Positions 58,606-64,000 of a stretch of DNA of 64,000 nt are shown in pieces. Origin of the DNA: Blastocystis sp. Blastoise (lineage: Eukaryota; Protista; Bigyra: Opalinata); NCBI GenBank assembly GCA_039096225.1, contig JBBPEB010000015.1, forward strand, positions 1,178,001 through 1,242,000, written 5' to 3'. The stretch's first letter is position 1, and the number at the start of each line of letters is the position of its first letter. A program made the translations under genes and the position numbers. The notes beneath the pieces were generated by a model, which was not told the DNA's origin, searched no databases, and saw nothing but the letters and a program-made list of their open reading frames with translations.

Positions 58606-61600
58606 TTATATTTTTAATGTTTTTTTATTTTGTTTTGAGGATTGTTTTTCTTTTTCATTGGTTCTCTTGATATTATTATATATCTTTGAAGATCTTGATT
58701 TAAGACGATTTATAATACAGAATATAATAATAGATAATAGAATTATACCTAATACAGAACATAATATCCATATCCAAATAGGTAAAGATTGTTTTTCTTC
58801 ACATGAAATAAAGATTTCTGTACTAATAGAGCCCATCTTATTAGAACAAGTAACTTTATAACTTATAGCATCAAAAATAATATTTGATTTACCAAATATA
58901 GTACCTGTGGAGCTATCTAATAAAATACCATTAGGTAAACTATTATCTATAGTACATTTATATTCAGCAGCTTGAATAATAGGAGTAATAGAGAATTGTT
59001 TATCTTGTATTAGTTGAATGATTCTAGTTGTATATACTATAGATAATGGTTTCATAGGTATACATAGATCTTCTGAAGCTTCTAAGAATCCACTTGAGCA
59101 TTTAGCTTGTATTCTACCTTCATAATAAAGAGGACAATTCTTATAAGCATAATCACCTTCAATAGCACCACCCCAACCATTTTCTTCATCAGGTTCACAT
59201 GCACTTTGTATAGTTTTTGAATAAAAACCTAAATCTGCTAAATGAAACTTAATATCTTCAGAACAAGTTTTTTCAGAATATGAATTAATGACTTCAGCAC
59301 ATTCTTCAACAACCATTCTATATGCATGATAAGCTTTATTATTATAAAAATCTTTTGTAACTAAAGTACCATATATATTATATTTATATCCTTCAACTCT
59401 ATGTACAGTGACCCAATTGATATTATCATTTGTAGCTTCTATTCTCCATGTCTTAGGATGACGAATATTACAAGTTTTAGCAGTTAAAAACATATATCGA
59501 GATATATATTCTCTACGTTCATCATTATAAGTCCATGTTAATATTGTTTCATTACATTTAACCCTTGTAGAAGTATATATAGTAGCTTTGATATTATCAA
59601 ATAATTTATATATATCCGTATCATCATCTGTAGGTCCTTTAGGTATACCATTAACAACTCTATAACTATTATCTAGAGTTAACATTAATGTAGCATCAAA
59701 AGATATAATATTTTCTTCATTATTTGGTTTATGTATTTCAATAGCTATCATATTCATACCTTCTTTAATATATTTACTTGACATAGGAATAGCATTACCA
59801 TAAATAATAGATTCTTTATTATCATGTGTTCCAAGTGTATTATATACAATAGAAGTACCTATGAATCCAGAACGATAGACTTCATGGCCATTTATATAAA
59901 CTAGTAAAGAATACTTCGTTTTTATAGTAAATAATAAAGAAGAATATAAAGATAAAGAATCAATAATAAATGAACTTCTAAAATATTGAGTGATTCCTTT
60001 ATTCTTTTGTAAATTAATTGAAGAACCATGTTCCCAAGTAGAATCATCATATTCTAATGTATTCCATTGATTATTAATTGCTTTATTATCATTTATATAA
60101 GTCCATATATGATGAAGGGGAGGAATGATATAACCTATATATATATTATATGTTTGTGAAGATTCTTTATCACCTAATCCTCCTCTTAATAGAACAGTCT
60201 CATCTTCTAATAATATTTCTACATATCCAGTATTCCAACCATTATTGCCACTATCTTGTATTAATAAAGAATAAGATCCTAAAGGCATACAATAAGGTAT
60301 ATTATTTTGATGATTATCAATAAAGGAAGATCTTGTATCTACTACTTTATTGGTACTATTATATAATCTATAGGATATTTCATCTCCATCTTCACCACTA
60401 GTAATACGAATAATAAATAATATATTAGGTGATAAACAAGGTATAACAGAAAGAGTAACAGTAGTAGTTGAAAATAAACCTTGAGGAGAAGTACCTGTAA
60501 TAGTATAAACAGTAGGAGATAATGATGATAATGGTATACCACGAATAGAACCAGTTGATGTATCTAATTCTAAAGGTAATTCTAAAGCAGGAATTATACT
60601 AAATTGTGTATATAAATTACTATTAGGAATAAGATCAGGGAAAGGCATACCAATATAACCTTGAATAAAAGTAATAGTATAATTAAGTTGTGGAGGTATA
60701 TTATGTAATGTTAAATCAACCATATGAAGAGTAATTAACGATAAAGAATATTCATAAGGTTCAAATGAAGCAACAGCAGCTTCTGTAAATATAAATTTAT
60801 AATAATTCCATACTTGATTATTTTGTGGTAAATAGAAACAACGTTCTTTTTTACGATCTTCAAAATAAGCATTAGTTACATTACCAAGAGAGATAAAAGT
60901 AATTTTATTATTAGAACCATAGACTTGCCAATCAGAAGGATCTTTAGCTTGAACATAAATAGATGATACAAAACAATATTTATTAATAAATTCAGCTTTC
61001 TCCTCTTTAAATGAAATCGTCAATTCAGATCGTTTTGTTACAGGATCTGCAGGTAAAATACCGCTTGTATATATACTTGAATCAATTATATAATTAATAT
61101 TTCTACCTAAAGGTTCAGAAGATAATTCAATAGAAGCAGGATCTTTAATACTGTTAGTTTCATATAATAATTGCATTTTAGCATTAAACTCAATGATAGA
61201 AACAGGATTTGTAATATTATTAATTATACCTATAGCAATAGTATTTTGACCATTATGTAATAATGATAAAGGACCTGTAATATGTATATATCTAGGTTGT
61301 CCGTCACTTAAAGGAGTCATCGTCATAGTTAAAAGTCCTTTTGGAATATTCTTTCTATATAACTCATGACCATTTATATATAATAATAATCCAGTTCGAA
61401 TAAAGACTTCTAATTCAAATCCACACATAGAATCCATAGATTCAATAGTAAATAAATGTCTAAATATCCAAATAGGAGAAGTAGAAGATACAGAAGTAGA
61501 AGGATAAGGGATGAATCCTATAGGTTCTGTTTCTAAAAACCAATTATTAGGAATAATACCTTGTATATAACTCCAATGAGAAGAAGAAGATTGAATCAGA

Positions 61601-64000
61601 AAATTCGTGTTAATTATATATTCATTCTTTTTCCCTTGTTCACAATAATATGTACCTAATACTATTAATTCAGTTCCTGTACTACCCACATATATAGTTA
61701 AAGAAGTACCTTTTGTCCATCCATCATTACGACTATCTACTAATTTTAATTTTAATATATTTTTAGGAAGACATAAAGTTATAGAATAATCTATATTATT
61801 TATAAATGCAGGAGAAGTAAAGAGAAGTTGATTTGTTGGTGTTGTTAATGTCCAAGATTCTTCAGTAGCCCAATTCTTATTGATTTTCTCCATACGAATA
61901 ATCATATTATCAGGACTACTACAACCTAGATATATGGAATCATGAATAGTATATATTTCTTTATTCTTAATTTCTTTTGGATATAAAGGTATATTTAGTT
62001 TTAAATATAAAAATTGTTATTATAAATGATAATATATAAATATATATATAAATATAATTATAAATATAAATATATAAATGTGAATAAATATAAATATATA
62101 TATAAATATATATAGATATATAAGAATAAATATAATTATAATTAAAAATATAAATATAAATATAAATATATAAATATAAATAAAAATAATATATATAATA
62201 TGTATAATAAATAATTTTAAATGACTTACCTATTATATGAAATGAGATTGTTGTGTTATACATTAGATTATCTATGATTCCAAGGGCATAGATAACAAAA
62301 TCAAATATACCAACATTTGGATATTGACCCGATATAATACCAGTAGATGAATCTAATGTCATTCCTATAGGAAAAGAAGGAATACTTGTGAAATTTGTGA
62401 ATCCACTTGTAGATGGAATAATATTAAATTGATCTATTGAACCGTAACCAGAATATGTAGTATTCTCATAAGATAAATAAAATTGTGTAAGAGGAACATT
62501 ACATATATAGATATCAAATAAAGAAAAGGCTACTTTATTAGATTTACCACCATCAGCTATATATATTTTTATAATAGAGAAAAAAAGATTATAGATAATG
62601 AATAAATAATTGTACCAAAGATAATACATAATAGCAGATATAATAATAGATAACAATAATATATATGAATGAATAATAATAATAAAGTTAAGTAAAATGA
62701 TATAATTGTGTGATAAAAAAATCATTTATATACTTATTGACAATCTAAAACTATTATACACTTTACGATTTGCACGTGTATAAAACATTTCTTTCTGTTT
62801 ACGAAGTGAGAATATAAATGAAGGTTTCATATCTATATATTCCCACGGTAATGTTTCATCATTTCTCCCTTCTATTATCCATGCATTTGGATCTCCATTC
62901 GATGAAGTACTAGAACTAGCTAACAAATATGCATTCATATAAATAGCACTATAGAAGGTATTTGTAGAATATATAGATAGAATATATATATAATGCATTT
63001 GTAGAATATATATATAATATAAATTATAAAATATAAATAATAAAAAACTTAAATGTATAATGAAAAAAATATTTTGTTTTTTTATGAATATACCTATGAT
63101 TTGGAAGAGTATATATAATTTTCGGTGTATTTGAAGAAGGAGATAAATAATAAGATTCAACATTTAAATCAAATAGATGAGACCCATCATTACTACTTGA
63201 ACTATTTTCGGGATCTGCTTCATATGTACCTCCAGAAAGTAATTGGGTCGAACATTCTATATATATATATGTAGTATTCTTTATATGTAGAATATTCAAT
63301 AGAATAGAATATAAAAGTACATGTATATAAAACTATTATAAAAATATATTTTATAAATATTAATAATAATATATATATACGTCCTTCAGGTAGATCGATT
63401 TGTAATCCAACAACAGAAAAGGGATCTGAAAGATGTAATGTTTCATTATAATGATGTATCTCTATACATAATATTGTTTCACCATTCTCATTTAATAAAA
63501 ACTTTGGAATTGTTAATCTAAAGAATATTTTTTAGATATTAATATAAGATTACAGAAATAGGTAAAAATATTATTATAAGAATACTAAAATTTTTCAATT
63601 ATATATATATATAATAGATGTATATTGACAATTAATAATATATATAATAATGGATATATGAATAAATAATGATTTATACTCTAATAATGGTGCTGCTTCA
63701 TCATTTTCAAATAAGGCATGTGTTTCACCAGTTAGTTGTCCTCTATTATTAGTAAATATATGAATAGTATAGAATAGAATTGAATCAAAACAATAAAAAT
63801 ATGTACTATATTATACATATAAATATGATAAATATATACTGTGGTAATTTATATCTATAAAGTTCTTCTCCTTCTATATAAACAGCAATACCAGATCCAG
63901 TTCTTATAGAGAGCTTCACACCAGCAATAGTTTGTATAGATGTAAATATATGATGAAGTCGATAATAACGAGTAATAGAAGAAAAAGAAGGAAATGTATT
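58606..64000 (-). CDS. Large type-I surface protein, 5'-partial; paralog of the gene at 1-3069
   Basis: 3.3-kb last exon with the same modules (DSRNDGW, DSGNNGW, RHPKTW, AIEGDYAYKNCP, LPNGILLDSSTG) and a C-terminal TM with basic tail; upstream exons continue past 64000. Confidence 0.85.

Overview
Eukaryotic nuclear DNA, extremely AT-rich (roughly 20% GC by eye), gene-dense and very intron-rich, so the ORF track fragments most genes. The gene families (He_PIG/discoidin surface proteins, BTB/POZ and TLDc proteins) suggest a Blastocystis-like gut stramenopile; this is inference, not proven. Manual splicing gives about 17 protein-coding genes: two paralogous giant type-I surface proteins running off each end, an ELM2-SANT/PHD/FYR/AT-hook chromatin protein, a PH-like hypothetical, a NEK-like kinase-TLDc fusion, CHMP7, a 7-exon ABM/LsrG-like enzyme that the ORF track misses, BTB-TLDc, two BTB-like lineage proteins, two membrane proteins (one intronless and prokaryote-like), an ankyrin protein, an SMPDL3-like phosphoesterase, a GOST/GPR107-like protein, a Sec1/Munc18 protein and an ERp18-like CXXS thioredoxin. 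There is also tRNA-Ser(AGA) and an intact 790-bp hAT-type MITE with an 8-bp TSD. The main highlights are introns bracketed by, or made entirely of, (TA)n microsatellite (one is exactly G(TA)21G), candidate U12-type introns with non-canonical ends, the MITE, and two lateral-transfer candidates. Exon models were built by eye; internal boundaries need RNA-seq.
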